Assembly (NCBI GenBank): GCA_977030845.1
Contig: OZ365114.1
Span: 17,794,001-17,858,000 of the forward strand
Direction of reading: 5' to 3'
Length of the DNA: 64,000 nt
Source: Fimbriosthenelais zetlandica
Taxonomy: Eukaryota
Shown here: piece after piece, positions 14,101-27,984 of the stretch
How positions within the stretch are numbered: the stretch's first letter is position 1
Layout: each line of letters starts with the position of its first letter
Notes under the pieces: model-generated
Database searches by the model: none
Told to the model about the DNA's origin: nothing
Seen by the model: only the letters and a program-made list of their open reading frames with translations
Position numbers and translations under genes: made by a program

Positions 14101-15032
14101 TAAACTATCACGTATTTAATAATGTGAATTTAATTTTTTTTCTCTAACAGTTGGGGCTCTGGAGCGAACCCATGGGGCCCTGAGAAAGAGGACCAGTTTA
14201 ACAAGCCGACTCACTATGACGGCATGCTTGAGATCGTTGGTGTGACAGGGGTAGTACACATGGGACAGATCCAGAGTGGGCTCCGGTCTGCCATACGCAT
14301 CGCACAGGGTGGACATGTGAGTTAATAAAGAAATCATTTAGTTAATATTAACATCACATTTATATTATGTCATCAAAGTAGAACCCAGAAGAGAAGGAAA
14401 GCTTTTGAGTATAGCTTTCAGGTTCATTGTTGAACTTTTTTTTTCAGAAGCTACAAATTTGTCTAAAGGGTAATTTAACTGTGTTATAATGCGATGATTT
14501 TGTTGTTTCTAGTTGCGGATCCACCTACTAACAGAGTTGCCAGTGCAAGTGGACGGGGAGCCATGGTTACAGCCTGCAGGTCAGGTGGTGGTACTGCGCT
14601 CTGCACTCAAGGTGAGTTCCCACTAACTACTTTATAAACGGAATTTATAATTTATAAACCAATTTTTTTATTTTTCTATAATTACAAAGGAGGCATAACA
14701 TTATAAAAAGGAGTAAAGACAAGCAGGATGGCACCGGGGTGCGGTTTTTTTCTGCCATGCCTAAACTTACATTATCTAATGCCAAAACAACACTGTAGCG
14801 AATTATGCCATATATTGTAACTACAGATATGAAATGAAACTGGCTATAGTTGTTAAATATGTAATATTATGTTTTACTTAAGGTTATTATTTTCTCTTTA
14901 AAGGCAACAATGCTCAAGAAGACCAAAAATAAAATCAAGCGGCGCAACACTGAGCCCAGCATCTACTTTCCAAATGATCCCCAGCTACAGTCCCACTCCC
15001 CGAGTGCAGACGGCGATAGTGGCCCATTATAA
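8126..15032 (+). CDS. DGKQ: Diacylglycerol kinase theta-like, multi-exon, 5'-partial (first C1 domain exon(s) not found in the window)
   Basis: Phase-consistent GT-AG exons: 8126-8228, 8824-8912, 9130-9261, 9394-9544, 9679-9798, 9926-10020, 10178-10250, (10422-10448 optional), 10678-10819, 11025-11130, 11252-11365, 11527-11677, 12301-12458, 12751-12902, 13025-13173, 13289-13397, 13507-13710, 13830-13985, 14151-14316, 14513-14611, 14904-15032 (TAA). Encodes C1 domains (NPVAHCW...FCNLC; HHWREGNLP...KCLVC), RA- and RRM-like middle regions (MYVGNLP), catalytic motifs [16 protein letters not shown] and PLGTGNDL, and accessory motifs MNNYFGIG and [10 protein letters not shown]. Confidence 0.95.
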
Positions 15033-16260
15033 TAACTCGTAGCAGTAAGCATTTGTTTCATAAATCTCAACATTTGTCTTGTAAATCTTCTGATCAACTA
15101 AAGTAACTAAGAACATTTGATTTCCGTCCTGAAATCGTTCAAGTTAGTGGCTTATAATATTATCTCATATGGTTCTGTTTTGAACCTACTATTACTTTTA
15201 GCATTTCCAACTTTTAACTTCTCTTATCAGATGAAATAGGTACTACTTCAATTCATATATTGAGCCAGTGGTACAGCATTAATAGCATTCCCCATATAGA
15301 GGTTGATGTGTTTATTTTTGAACTATTTCAGGTACAGTTGCTGGTTTGCACATTGTATGCTGCCGTTGACATTTGTTTGTCACTTGTAGCGAGGGCTCCG
15401 CCTAATTAAAAAGAGTTGTCACCGTGGATTCCACGACTGACCTCGCAACCAATACTGCAGATAATGACAGTGCCAATCTGGATTGGCTGTCGCCTTGGCA
15501 ACAATAAAATGGTCCTGATGTGGCTTGATTAATATGCAGATTGCACAGCCTCCACCAACCAATGGGAACAAAGAGACAGGTCACGTGATGACTGTTCCGG
15601 GGTTCCCCACCCCCTGTTACAAAGCATGTAGTAGGCATGAGAGTTACTACTATGCTACTGAGTCGTTCCCCACCTCATGCTTATTCTTCAATCCATCCAG
15701 TCCAGTAACCTGTGTCCTGTACTGTACATTGTATATGTGTCCTCCCTCTTCAAAAGAAATAAGAAAAATACTGAGTCAATAATAATTGGAAGAGTTTAGG
15801 TAGGGTCACTCAAATTTTACCAACAATAAATGCCATAATGTCTGATTACTACTAATTATAATAATACTGATTCTATTGACTGTCATTGTACACACACGGC
15901 TGCACAGTTTATTGGCAGCTGCTAAACTGAGGTGTCACTGCTTGTTTGTTATCATGGTTACATTCTGTTGATCATTAAGACAAAAAAAATCAAATTGCGT
16001 TAAAACTGTCCTATTGGTATGGTTACTAAAGGTCTGGCGTTGCGCGAGTACTTCAACAGTACGTGTATGTTAGATACTCAGTCACAGATATGCTGATAAT
16101 GTTGAAAATCTATATTTCCTTGTTATTTATTTTTATCTTCTATCATTATCATCATTACAGATTTCTACCTAAAGCATCAGGTTTAGGTTTGTTATCATTC
16201 TAGTTCATTTCCCCATGGACTTAATCAATTTGGACCGAAGAAAAGGAAAAGCTAAGAGAA

Positions 16261-16325
16261 TATTACTACTATTACTACTACTACTACTATTACTACTACT
16301 ACTACTATTACTACTACTACTACTA
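16261..16325. repeat. (TAC/TAT)n trinucleotide microsatellite
   Basis: tattactactattactactactactactattactact... seen directly. Confidence 0.95.
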
Positions 16326-19300
16326 TGATAAATGCTAGTCATGAAGTGTTGGTTTTTGGCAGATAGTCAAATGCTTATGATATCATCAACTTTTTTATTT
16401 ATTTACATGTATACCAATAGTAGAGATGGCTACTCAAGCTGATAATATAAATGTAGGAAATTAATAATGAACTGCGTATTTAAGGAATCAAATTGGATGT
16501 ATGCGGATTGTACTGTTAAGTTGTGTCTATTTTTGTAGTAGACCTGTTGGGTCAATCATCTGCCCCCACGCCTGCTATATACATATTATATGGACAAGGC
16601 AGTTTCCCGTTGAATAATGCAGATTTTTTTCTTTTCTCCTGGCGTACTCCGTATTCAAGTTTTGTTCATCATTGGCTGACAGTAAGTGCGATATATGTAG
16701 TGACAACGATGTAATTAAGAGCTATGATTATCGGCTATAATGCTCCATTTAGGTCTCAAAACGACCTGCTTGGTTGTTGATTAGTGATCACTTAATTGAT
16801 GAGGTAATATTTGGAGGTCTGAGACCTAGAGCATCACTTGGGGGCACTTCTAGGCTTTGTTCTACTTCTCGTCTTTGCCCGCATCTTGAGTATGTGTAGC
16901 GGGTAACTCGAGAATGAAAGCGCCATCTGTAAGTAGGCGCTGGGAGTGTGATTGTGATGAAGATACAATACAGAGAAGACTTGATATATAAATATATCTA
17001 TATATATATACTTATATATGTATACACATACTGTTCGTGTATCAGTGATGAAGTGCAAAATAATTTGAAAAGGCAGGTGAGTGCTTGTAGATGGAATTGT
17101 AAAGGAAATTTGTGGAGGTACGTGAAGGAAACTTTATTCTTTGTCTGGGACAGCGACAAAAAGTAAAAATGGGTAAACCTGTATAGATAGACTTGTTGCA
17201 GTTTTGACGGAGGGACACTATTTGTTACTGATTTGGGTGGCTTGCGGACAGACCAATTAATTTGGTAGCGGTCATGTATTTAAAGACGAAGATAAAAGAT
17301 GCATGCAAGTAAGAGTTGCACAAACTGAAACCTGCAGATTTTGATACAAGCTTATAGTCGGGGGCCCAGGATGCAGCGAGACTGCAAACAGGAAGTGTGT
17401 GAAAAAAGTAGTTCCAGTTTGACTTGCGGTTTACTCCTCTCACTGCATCCTGTGCCGGAATACATGACTTCTACTTGCACTGTGCCGTGTGTTAGCGAGT
17501 GTCGCACTCTGGTGGTGGCTGTGGACAATTCTAGGTGACTGGTGAAGGGTTTGTATATTGTACCCCCAGCAATTGTAAACAGGATCCAATAGAAAGAATA
17601 TGAAGTGTGCCACGTCTAACAAAATAAACATTATAGATGATCTGCCTTAAGTAACTGAGCCAATGTGGTGGTGCCACTAGGTCAAGGTCATTTAAACCCA
17701 GGTCAAAAAGGTCAATCACTATATAATATTTCTAGTCCTGATGAACTCACTTTGTTATATGAACGTGTTATAAATGTAATTATGATCATGATATTGGTCA
17801 TGAAAATAGGTATGAATACATGGTGATTATTATCGTTAATACTAATCATTCATTCACCAAAAAGGAGCAAATATTTCAGGGTTACCTGAGCCAGATTAAG
17901 TACTGATTAATAACCAGTGTCATCATGAAGTGAGTGTGTGTTGGAGAGACAAGGCCCCCTTTCCTTTTTCAAGGCAGTATTGCAGGCAATGGGGGGAAAA
18001 TGGTCAGGTGCACTTGCGCCATCACAGCTACAGCATTCTTGTCCATTGGATCTTTTAAACAGGGGACCAAGAGGACCCTAATCCCAAGAAGAGATAGAGA
18101 TATACATATATATGTTAGATGTTCATCCTTTTTGCACTGGGTATCAAGTTGTTCCAAGAATATGACCTACAAAAGGGAGCCTAGCACAGTGAGGTGTTCC
18201 ATTCTTATCATGATAATTATTACTCTCTCTCTCCCTCTCTGTATACACTGATACTAAAATATAGGAGGACATAAGAAAATGAAACTTTCAAATTTTAATG
18301 GCTGGGTGCTCGCTGCATGTGTTTTTGAGGAGAAAAGTTATGCCATTGACCGCTGCTTAAGAAATTCTGTGTGTATAAGCCTGTATGTTATTGAGCAAGT
18401 GTACCCGTGGCAAAGTGTGTCTGTGCTCTGTACACAAAATTTACTAGAACTACATTATAGAATTGGAAATAGGATAATGTAAAACAAAACTACGGAATTT
18501 TAGAAGGGAAAATCTGTTCATAATCATTATTGGTCTCTCGCTGTTCAGCTTAGGGGAGGTGGAATCGGCAGTGCAATTTCCTTGGAGGTGTTGGAAAGTT
18601 TTGTACAGGAAACGATGCCTGCAAAGGCACACATAGATACATTACCATTTGTTTAGAAAGAGCTATTTTGACAAGAAAACCCCATGACCCATATCTCAAA
18701 ATCTGTCACTGCAGTTTACAATAGCAAAATCAGAATGTCATAATTTATTTAAAGGCGTATGTTTTGGTAGTCAAGGGTCCTTTTTGCTTAAGAAGAATTA
18801 ACTTGTATCTATTGTATGAATTGAGAGAAGTGACTATGTATTTTCTTCATAAAAAAAGATGTATTGTGATTGCACCCATCTGAACTCTCAAGGTACTTGT
18901 ATGCCACCCTGTTGGGCCGAGAAGAAGCGAACCAAAGTAATGTTCAACTCGCTATGATCATGTTCGTCACATGACCATCATTCCATGACCTTTGCAAGAA
19001 ATTGCAAAAATCACTGTACGCCACATGAGTCAGTTAGCATCATCCGTTTTTCTAATATTTCAAAGTTCTGATCCCTTCCTTCAGAGTAGGAGAGATGGTC
19101 ATTCAAATCAGTATTAAAAAGAAAATGTGGAAAAGGTTCTAAAAAGAATGCTATTGGTTTAAGTAAGGGAAAGTTATTTCATTTCTCCCTAAACAGTCAC
19201 ATCGAATGAAAAAAGAGGTAGTGGAAATTATATGAAAGAAGAAAATTGACTAGTTTTTTCTGTGCCACAAAAGTTTCTTTGACATGGTTGTATTCTAGAC

Positions 19301-21794
19301 CTTCTTAGGAATGGTGGTGCTTTGCAGCCAGTGTTATATAGGCGCCACAGTATTGAAAAGTGGACCCCTCATTTTCATATACTTGAGGGATATGAAAACA
19401 AATGCAGTGTAAGATTTTGGTTCAGTGACTACAGATCAGCATTACTAGCCCAATATTGATTGTAGCAAATGATGCAATCTCTTTGATTTTAAAGGCGCAA
19501 TGTGAGGGGATGGGAACATTACAATAATATTTAAATATTTCCACTCCTGAATAAGACCTATATATCACACTGGCCATTAGCCACATTACCTTGGTGATAT
19601 GGGATATGCAGTTTCATTTTCTTTTTAACAAGGGGTGCTCCTGGTGATGATCCTCCACAACAATAAGTACTGAAACCCAAACTGAATCCAGGCTAGGACG
19701 AAATATAATAGAACTAAGAAACAAAAAGGCTAATCATAAAACTCACATTAATGTTGATAAGATGATACTGATGATGACAAATTCCCCACTTGTTTTTTCC
19801 TATCTTCATCTATATTGGAAGAGGTATATATTATATAATGCTGACAGTATGTATGTTTCTCTTAAAGCTGGTGGGTGACGGTGGTGGTGGGAGGTGGTGG
19901 TGGTAGGTGGGGGCAGCAGTGGTGGCCCAGAATAATAATATGGCCCTCAGTCATGGGAAGTGAAAAGCCCTGCGCACCGATCGACGTGAGTCATGCTGCA
20001 TCAACTCTTGCTACAGTTGGAATTTGTTGTTTCATTCTCGCCGAACCCGCTTGATGCGGGTGGCTTTCCATCATTCCATTCAGTCGAAAGGGGTGCAAGG
20101 CCAGCCAGATACAATAGCCTTTTATTCATATGTAACATATATACTTTTAGTCGTATTAACAATGCATCAAGTACCTAGCCATGGACTGCCAACGAATGAA
20201 TAACGCCTCCCCACTCATCATACATACATGTCTGAAATGCAACAATTTTTCTATAATGTAAATTTAGCTAACCAAAAGGGGGAAAGGATATCTGAAGAGA
20301 TATATTACGATGTCACATTGTGTAAATAATACATTGAAGATACCGGTATTGGAAAAGGAAAATATTATTGGTTCTTATTATGGAAATGTTAAATGATGAT
20401 GCTAATACTGTAATGGCAATTGTTCACAATCTGGCTTTCTCGCTGGTGATTTTATGCTCTCAGTTTCTGATGTGTGCAATCCATAATAACGATATTGATA
20501 ATAATAATAATTAATAATGATAAACTATTGGTCCTCGTTTTCAGGGTGACCAGTTGTTTGGGCTAGCCATGTTTGTTGTTCTATAGTGTTGCTCCTCCTA
20601 GGACTAAGCAATAAGGATTTCTTTGCCTTTCCAACATTTTGGGAGATCTTTGCAGTTGGATACAAACTTTGATCTCTGACTTTCTCCTCTGCCTGGAACT
20701 CATCCAACCCTCATATTCCCCATCCCCTACCCTACTCCTTCCCTCCCACCCTCGTCCCTCACCCACCCTGAGTGGTTGCTCTTCTACAGGGTAAAATCAA
20801 AAACTGAACACACCTGTAGGGCAGAGCCACCTGGCGACAAAAGCTGCAAACACTAAGCACCTAGATAGAGCTAAGTGGAAATGATCTTAGTGAAAAAATA
20901 GAGAATGCCAAATGTGGTGAAAACCATGGAAAATTAGTATATCTACATGCTAAAGATTCAGTAACACGTTGTTTTATAAGAAAAAAAAAGAGTAGTTCAC
21001 TGGAAAACTAACAAGAAAGAATAACATCCATGCTGAGGTAACAGTAATGACATGGTTGATCTTAAAATCTATACAAAAAGTGGAACAACTCTGATGCTTA
21101 ATCATCGCTTCTACCGTTTATAACGTTGCTGCCAACAATTTGTTGGGAAAAAAATGACCTAAAAATCGAAAAAAAGTACCGTACATATTTGTCCTTTCTC
21201 AAGCTGGACACAGATATAATAATCCTTACTTCCGTTTGTCTGATGAATAAAGGACCAATCACAATCGGCCTAGACATTCTGTGCAGTGCATATGTTAACA
21301 AATGTGAAGCGGAAAGTCAGGGGGTCATCTCCGTATTAAGTTTTCCGTTAACATGTAAAATGTGCCCAGGATGAGAAAGGATTTATCGTTGATTGCTGAC
21401 AACCGTGTTGTATACAAAAAGCTAAACCTTGTACCTGTGCATTTTCTCTGAATAGCAAAAGACGTATTCACCTGTATTATATTAAGTAATGTTTTTAAAT
21501 TTAACTTATGTAGTTGAAGGTTCAGATTTCTAAAGATGTTTATTGCATTTACCTATGATGTATGGATATATGTATATGTGAAATAAAATAGATCATGTGG
21601 AAAGTGAAACAAAAGTGTGGTAGTCATTAAAGGCACAAATGGTCAATGAAAAAGCACTTCATTTAATCCATCAAGATCAGGGGTGGAAACTGCGTGTTCA
21701 GAAAACTTTTGTAATGAACTTTCGATGGTGTCACTATAGTGTCACTGCCCCTCTCTTGTATAACAATTTGTTTTACACCTTCTCTATCAAAGCA

Positions 21795-21876
21795 GATTCC
21801 GTGGCCGAGTGGTTAAGGTGTTGGACTCCCATTTAGAGGTTCACGTCAATATGGGTTCGAACCCCACCCAAGTCTA
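21795..21876 (+). pseudogene. Degenerate tRNA-like sequence (Leu/Ser-type long variable arm); pseudo-tRNA or SINE head
   Basis: Pol III A box TGGCCGAGTGG and B box GGTTCGAACCC at tRNA-like spacing. Acceptor stem (GATTCCG/CCAAGTC) and anticodon stem pair poorly. Confidence 0.6.
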
Positions 21877-21892
21877 CATTTTCACAGTTCAG

Positions 21893-22118
21893 GAAATTGT
21901 CTAATGTATGGGAAATAGTGGGTGGACGCACAGAGCTCTAGGGTTAGGGTTAGTCAGGGGGGCTCTGGTGGCAAGTAAGGGAAGTGGAAGCATGCCTATC
22001 GGGGTATCGGAATTGTCTGATGTATGGGAAATAGTGGGGGCCCGCTCAGCTAGGGTTAGGGTTAGTCAGGGGGGCCCTGGTGGCAAGTATGGGAAGTGGA
22101 GGCATGCCTAGCGGGGTA
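21893..22118 (+). repeat. Two-copy ~115-bp tandem duplication containing TAGGGTTAGGGTTAG
   Basis: Both copies read aattgtct(a/g)atgtatgggaaatagtggg...tagggttagggttagtcagggggg...ctggtggcaagta.gggaagtgga.gcatgccta. Confidence 0.9.
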
Positions 22119-22869
22119 ATGATATGTAAGTGAAATGGTAGGAGGATCGAGCAGCGCGGTAGGAGGAGGAGCGGGGAGCGAGCAGCGCGGTAGGAGGACC
22201 AGCGGGTACAGGCCTCATGACATGAATAAAGAACAAGAGATTGAAATATTTGTTTGTTGCATTTTATTTGACATTTTAATAGAGTACAGGAGTAATCTCC
22301 CTTGTGGCGAGCGAGGGTATTACCCTCGCTCAGGGGTAGGGATATTAGGAGGGTAAGGTAGGACGTTCCAGGATCCCAACTATCGCATGGGACATCGAGG
22401 TACTCCGGTTAATGGCCACGGTACCCAAAAGCACAGCTAACCTCCAGGTCGCCCGTGGAGTAAATAATCCAGTTTATAATCCCCTAGTTCTCAGGGGGGA
22501 GGTCAGAGACCCCCAGTGCACAGAGCTGGATAGTGAACTCATACTGCCCTGTCAGGGGCATACGGCAAGAGTCCAAAGGCCGGGTGAGTTTATTAACATC
22601 TGGTCACCATACAGACGCACGAAAAAAAAAGGCTGGGGTATAGGTAGAGGGATAGACTGCCCCTAAGGGCGGAATAAAAAAGTAATCAAAAGTGTAGAAT
22701 ATCTTAAAAAGAGAACTAAAGTCAGAATCAGAAGTGATCTGACGGCTGAGTTTAAGGCCCTCCTCAGCAAGCGGGGCGTGGGAGGGGGAAGAGATGGAGA
22801 TGGGAAATGGGTAAGGTGGGTGGGGGGATGGGGTGCGGGCGGGGTGGGGAGTGGGAGATGCAAAAATGA

Positions 22870-24400
22870 TCAGTAATTACTTTCCATAATACAAGTTTCC
22901 TTGTCTAACTTTAAACAAATTTCATATAAATATTATGAAGTATAATATTATAACCTATGTTAATGATTACTTCACGCTATCTAACTTCAAACTATGAAAT
23001 TCTAATGTAAATAAAGCCCATGCTAAATTCTCTGACATTAACAAATCAATATTCAATTATCAAGTAAATATAACCTATGAAAATAAATCTAAGTAATTAC
23101 TTTGCACATCAAAGTCTCTGCTGTCTAACATTGAATATCAAATAAATATAACATATGATAATAGATCTACTTCTATATAATAATTACTTTAGAAATTTAA
23201 ACTGTCTAAATTTAAACTATGAACTTTAAGTTTTGAAACTATAACTCTCTGATATTAACAGAAGGTAGGTACCGGTAGTGAGAGGGAGATGGAAGGGATA
23301 TGGGAAGGGGAGAGGGAGAGGGTCGGGGGCCACCATTTTTGACATTACAATCAGCAATCTAACATCTAGATAAGTGACATTATTTGATATGTGTATCAAA
23401 CATACTTGAAATAAATAATGTGATCTAATTTTGGTGAAATGAGTCGCATGTCTCACAGGGTCGAAAATGGGCTACCTATAAATTAAATATCCATAAAAAT
23501 TAATGTACAAAATGACATATAACATGTCCTTGTATTCTGCTTCACGGCTTGTGTAAAACTTGATAAATATTAGGTATTTGTAACGTCCCTTATAAAATGA
23601 ATATCTGTGATTTGAAACTCATTTCACCAAAAGAAGTTACCTATATAATGATATATCTAAATTACCTTGCACACAGAAGTTTCCTTTGTCTAACTTTAAA
23701 CAAATCTGAAGTAAGTATGTATAATCTATGATAATTAATTTCGATATATACAAGTTTCTGTCTAACTTTAAACAAACCTCATATTAAAATAATGAAAAAA
23801 ATATAACCGATGTAAATAATTACTTTGTGCTGTCTAACTTTAAACTATGAACTACAAATTTTAAATTAATTACTGCGTACGTCAAAGCTACAACTCTCTG
23901 ACATTAAGTAATTTGATATTAAATAAATATAATCTAAATCTAAAATAATTACTGTGCCTGGCAAAGCTTCACTCAATTACGCAATATTCAATTATCAAGT
24001 AAATATAACCTATAATAATAAACCTAAATAATGACTTTGCACATCAAGGACTCTGCTGTATAACTATGAATATCAAATAAATATAACATTTGATAATAGG
24101 TCTACTTCTAAATCGCATCTCAATCTCATATTAAAATTATGAAGTAAATATAACCTATGTAAATAATTACTTTGCTCTCTCTAGGCTAACTTTGAACTAT
24201 AAACTCCAACTATGAACTTAAATAAACTCTTTGACATTAACCAAATCTGATAATTAATCTAAAATAATAATTACTGTGTATGCCAAAGCTACAAATCTCT
24301 GACATTAACTAATTTGATATTAAATAAATATAATCTAAATCTAAAAAAATTACTGTGTCTTGCAAAGCTTCACTCAACTATAAAAATACTAATACTAAAT
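22870..24400. repeat. AT-rich degenerate tandem/mosaic repeat region
   Basis: Recurrent modules aataattactttg, tgtctaactttaaac, aactctctgacattaa and atataacctatg. Block duplications ~23045-23170 vs ~23983-24110 and ~23870-23985 vs ~24270-24385. Confidence 0.8.
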
Positions 24401-24683
24401 AAATACAGGTCATAAACCGAGTGTGGACTAACTAAACTGACTAAATGCTTGTAACCGTCGTAGACGTTACGTCACTTGGTCGTCTGGTGTTCGGTAGAGA
24501 AGAATGCGCATCCCTTCATGTGGCTGAAAAAAGATTGAAAGTTTGAAAACAAATTGACTTTGATAAAAAACTTGAAAAATGTCAGAAAATGTGTGTATAG
24601 ATATCCATAGTAATATAAGAATAATTTCTTACAAGTTTATTTTGTCAACTCTGGTAGAAAGTTTATTATAAGGAGGCTTACCT

Positions 24684-24703
24684 GGGGGGGGGGGGGGGGG
24701 GGG
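24684..24703 (+). repeat. Poly-G run (20 nt)
   Basis: Seen directly. Confidence 0.95.
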
Positions 24704-26089
24704 CTCGGGGTAGTGGGGCTAGCATCAGTGGGGCTAGTGTTAGTGACGCTATCCGTCCATTTAATCGATGATTAACCCCAAAATGGAAATATTTCTGATT
24801 TATTTTAGTTTAGATAGGGTCTATGGGAAAAGTATACTAAAATATTGCATACAATGAATTAACAAATATAATAGAACTATATAAGAAAAAAATACCCTTC
24901 AAATTCTTTCGCCACAGTGGCGATAGATTGGAATATTGGAATAAGCGCTAGCCCAGGAGTTCCTACATTCGGGCCCATTTTATCGGGTTCATTCAATAAA
25001 CCGTCTACTTTCAATCCTACCAAAAACCCTAGTAGACGTACAAATTAGTAGATATTAGTAGACATACAAATTAGGCCATATCGCACAAAGTTAATTCTGA
25101 TAGTTTTAAGAAGGCTCACCAGGTATGTAGTCTGCCTGGAAGCTGAGACTCCACGAAGTGATTGGCGTCATCTAGATGTGAGTGGACAGTAAACTGTTGG
25201 ACATCGACTTTTCGTTGGACACCAACATTTCAGTCACGGTCTCAGACGCCCAGACCCAGGGCCGTAGGACAAGCCGCAGTCCCCAGGTCCAGGTTTCTGG
25301 CAGGAAGCCAACGAGACACCTGAAAATAGAATGAATAAAAGCTCAATTTTAAATTCATACAATTTATTAGAGTATTTATTTAATATACAAAAATTGAAAG
25401 TTTTAAAAAATCTTAAAAGTCACTGATGAAGAACTTGAAAAATATTGGAAAGTTCGTTTAAGATATCCATGGTAATATTGGTTTATTGCATCAACTATGG
25501 TAGAAAGTTTATTTAATTATAAGGAGGCTTACCTTGGACACAGTGTATGTCAGGAAGCTGTCAAGTCACTCAATGATTGCTCATTGATCCAACTGACGGG
25601 CGTACATAAAGCCTGGAAAGATAAGACAAGAAATACATAATATTTATCATAATTTTTTTTTTTAATCTAAAATAATAATCGCCCACTTCTTCAGAGCTAC
25701 AACTCTCTGATATTAAATCAATCTGATATTAAATAAATATAATATGGCTGAAAAGAACTCAAATAAACTACTGCATCTGATGAGAAATTTAGGGACAAAA
25801 ATACTAATACTAAATAAATACTAATTTCAAGAACCTGTCTTTGACCTGGTCATGAACCGAGTGAGGGCTAACTAAACTGACTAAATGCTCAATTTACTCA
25901 TGAATAAGATACGTCTTTTGAGACTAGTGCCAGTTTGATCATGGATATAAACTTTTACAGACATTGTCATCGATTATTACTGTGTAGACGGACATCATAA
26001 TGTCTTAATGATCACAACCTAACGTCTTATTTCAAATTAATCAATAAATAAATGGATAAAACACAGAAAAGTCAGTCATATACACAGAC

Positions 26090-27320
26090 ATGGAAGACAG
26101 CGGCCGCCATGACAGTTTACATGTGTTATGAATGACAGCCGGGACTTTCCTAGGCTTTAAACAGATAAAAAATCATTTACTTCCACAATTGCACTGCAAA
26201 ACACGAATCATCGAGAATATATCTACACTCTCTTACCTTATGAAGGGCAGACGGTTCAAAACAAAGACGGAAAACGGAGAAAATGGAGAGTTTTCATCCA
26301 TAGAATCGAGCATAAACAGAAGTGTACATGGACCGGAAGTGGCTTGTGCGCAGGCCGAAGGTGGCAAGAATAATTAGTATTCAAAACAAAAATGAATATT
26401 TCTTACAGATCGGTGCCATCAGCCTTGATATAGAGCAGAAAAAATATTTATTTACCAAGATAAAATCACAGAAAGTGTTTCACGGCGTTTTAATAGGCTT
26501 TATATTTGAATTTGGTTGTAAACAAAGGTATTTGCTGTTCCGAGACCTGAATCCCACATCCATCTTAGTTTACCTTTCTGCTACCGAGCGGCGCATCGTA
26601 CGGTTTGTTCCCGCCATTGGCAAACATAAGTATATGACCCAAAAGACCCAATAAAGACACCACTTTCATGATTTATTCCATGCTTTCTGTCATTGATATA
26701 GAAAAACACATATTTATCCCTCATCGCCGTCCTCCATGGTCTGGCCATGATACAGTGCAGCCACCTAGTGTTTATCTTGTGCATCGAGAGTGAACTGAGC
26801 TCCGCCGCGCCTTTACTTCAGTGGTAAACCACCAGGTGGCAGCACTGTTTCTTGTCAACATCATCAGCTGAGCGCCCAAGCCGGTGCCGGTTAATGCCGG
26901 CGTCGCTAGGAATATTCAGACGTCGTTTGTAGATCTAGGAAAGCACCTAAATCAGTCAGAATTGAAATCAGTCGGTAGATTTACATAGAGAATCGATTGC
27001 ATCCCCAAAACAGACCTACGGTGCTTGTAAACCGGTAAAAGACGAGAGAAAATGTTGTGAGCGATAATAGGGATGTTGGCAGATCCCGGCTGGGAACGAG
27101 CATGACCGTCCAGTGGCGCCCTCGCCATCTATACGGCAAACGAAGGAACTAAGATAAGAGAACTTTCTGCCCCATGCGACTACCCCACCACCGGCAAAGT
27201 GGGAACTATAATAATGCTCAATGCTAATTAAGTGAACGCTCCATCCCGTAACAGTACCATGTGACCGCTCTAGACCAATCAGGAGACAGAAGACATAATT
27301 GCCGCGCCAAATACGAGTAG
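26090..27320. promoter_or_regulatory. CpG-enriched, promoter-like region with housekeeping-type motifs
   Basis: YY1-like GCCGCCAT (~26103-26110), ETS CCGGAAGT (26333-26340), CTCF-core CCACCAGGTGGCAGCA (26829-26844), CCAAT (27275-27279), E2F-like CCGCGCCAAA (27302-27311). Short motifs can occur by chance. Confidence 0.4.
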
Positions 27321-27984
27321 CTTGAGCTTGTAAAAAAGTTAGTAGACGACAGTTGTCATTTTTATATGGGATGTGGGATTTTTAGGCCTACTTGGATTCA
27401 GTGCGTTCTCACTGCAGTCATCGGTTAGATTTTGGTTTTAGATCCAGGCCTGTCTCTATATGGGTATGACAATCGCCTAAGCCTAAAATATATTATAGAC
27501 GTATGTATACATGTCCAGGGCGCACCTATGTCAATATTATCCAAAATATTTGGGCCCCTAGGAACCAGTGTTTAGAGTATGGCAAATCTCTTCCCTGTTC
27601 CTACTGATCTTAACTCCGAAAAGATGGAACTTAGAAGATAATTACTAAGCTTACTAAGCTTAAAGACTACATTTCATACGTTATAAATTGGGGTTCTCCA
27701 ATCACCCGCATGGTGGGACATGGTGCATTGATGGGACTTGGTACGCCCTACCCTCATTTCACACTAGATGGCCCACCATTCATCCAAGCGCCATCTTTCT
27801 TTTTATTTGTTGTTAATAAATAAATTACAGAAAAATTATATTGTTTAATTTCTACCGGAATTTTATTAAACTACTGGTAGGTACAGTTTGTTTGAAGGCT
27901 GTAATATAAATACAATAGTTTCAAACACGCAGTGATGATGGTATCACTTGGTACGGTAATCCTTACTTTAGATTGCATCTTTTT

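Noticed and set aside
21795-21876. Functional tRNA gene
   Set aside because: Acceptor and anticodon stems do not pair properly; kept only as pseudo-tRNA/SINE head.
21948-22070. Interstitial telomere
   Set aside because: Only about two TTAGGG units per copy, embedded in a longer duplicated unit.
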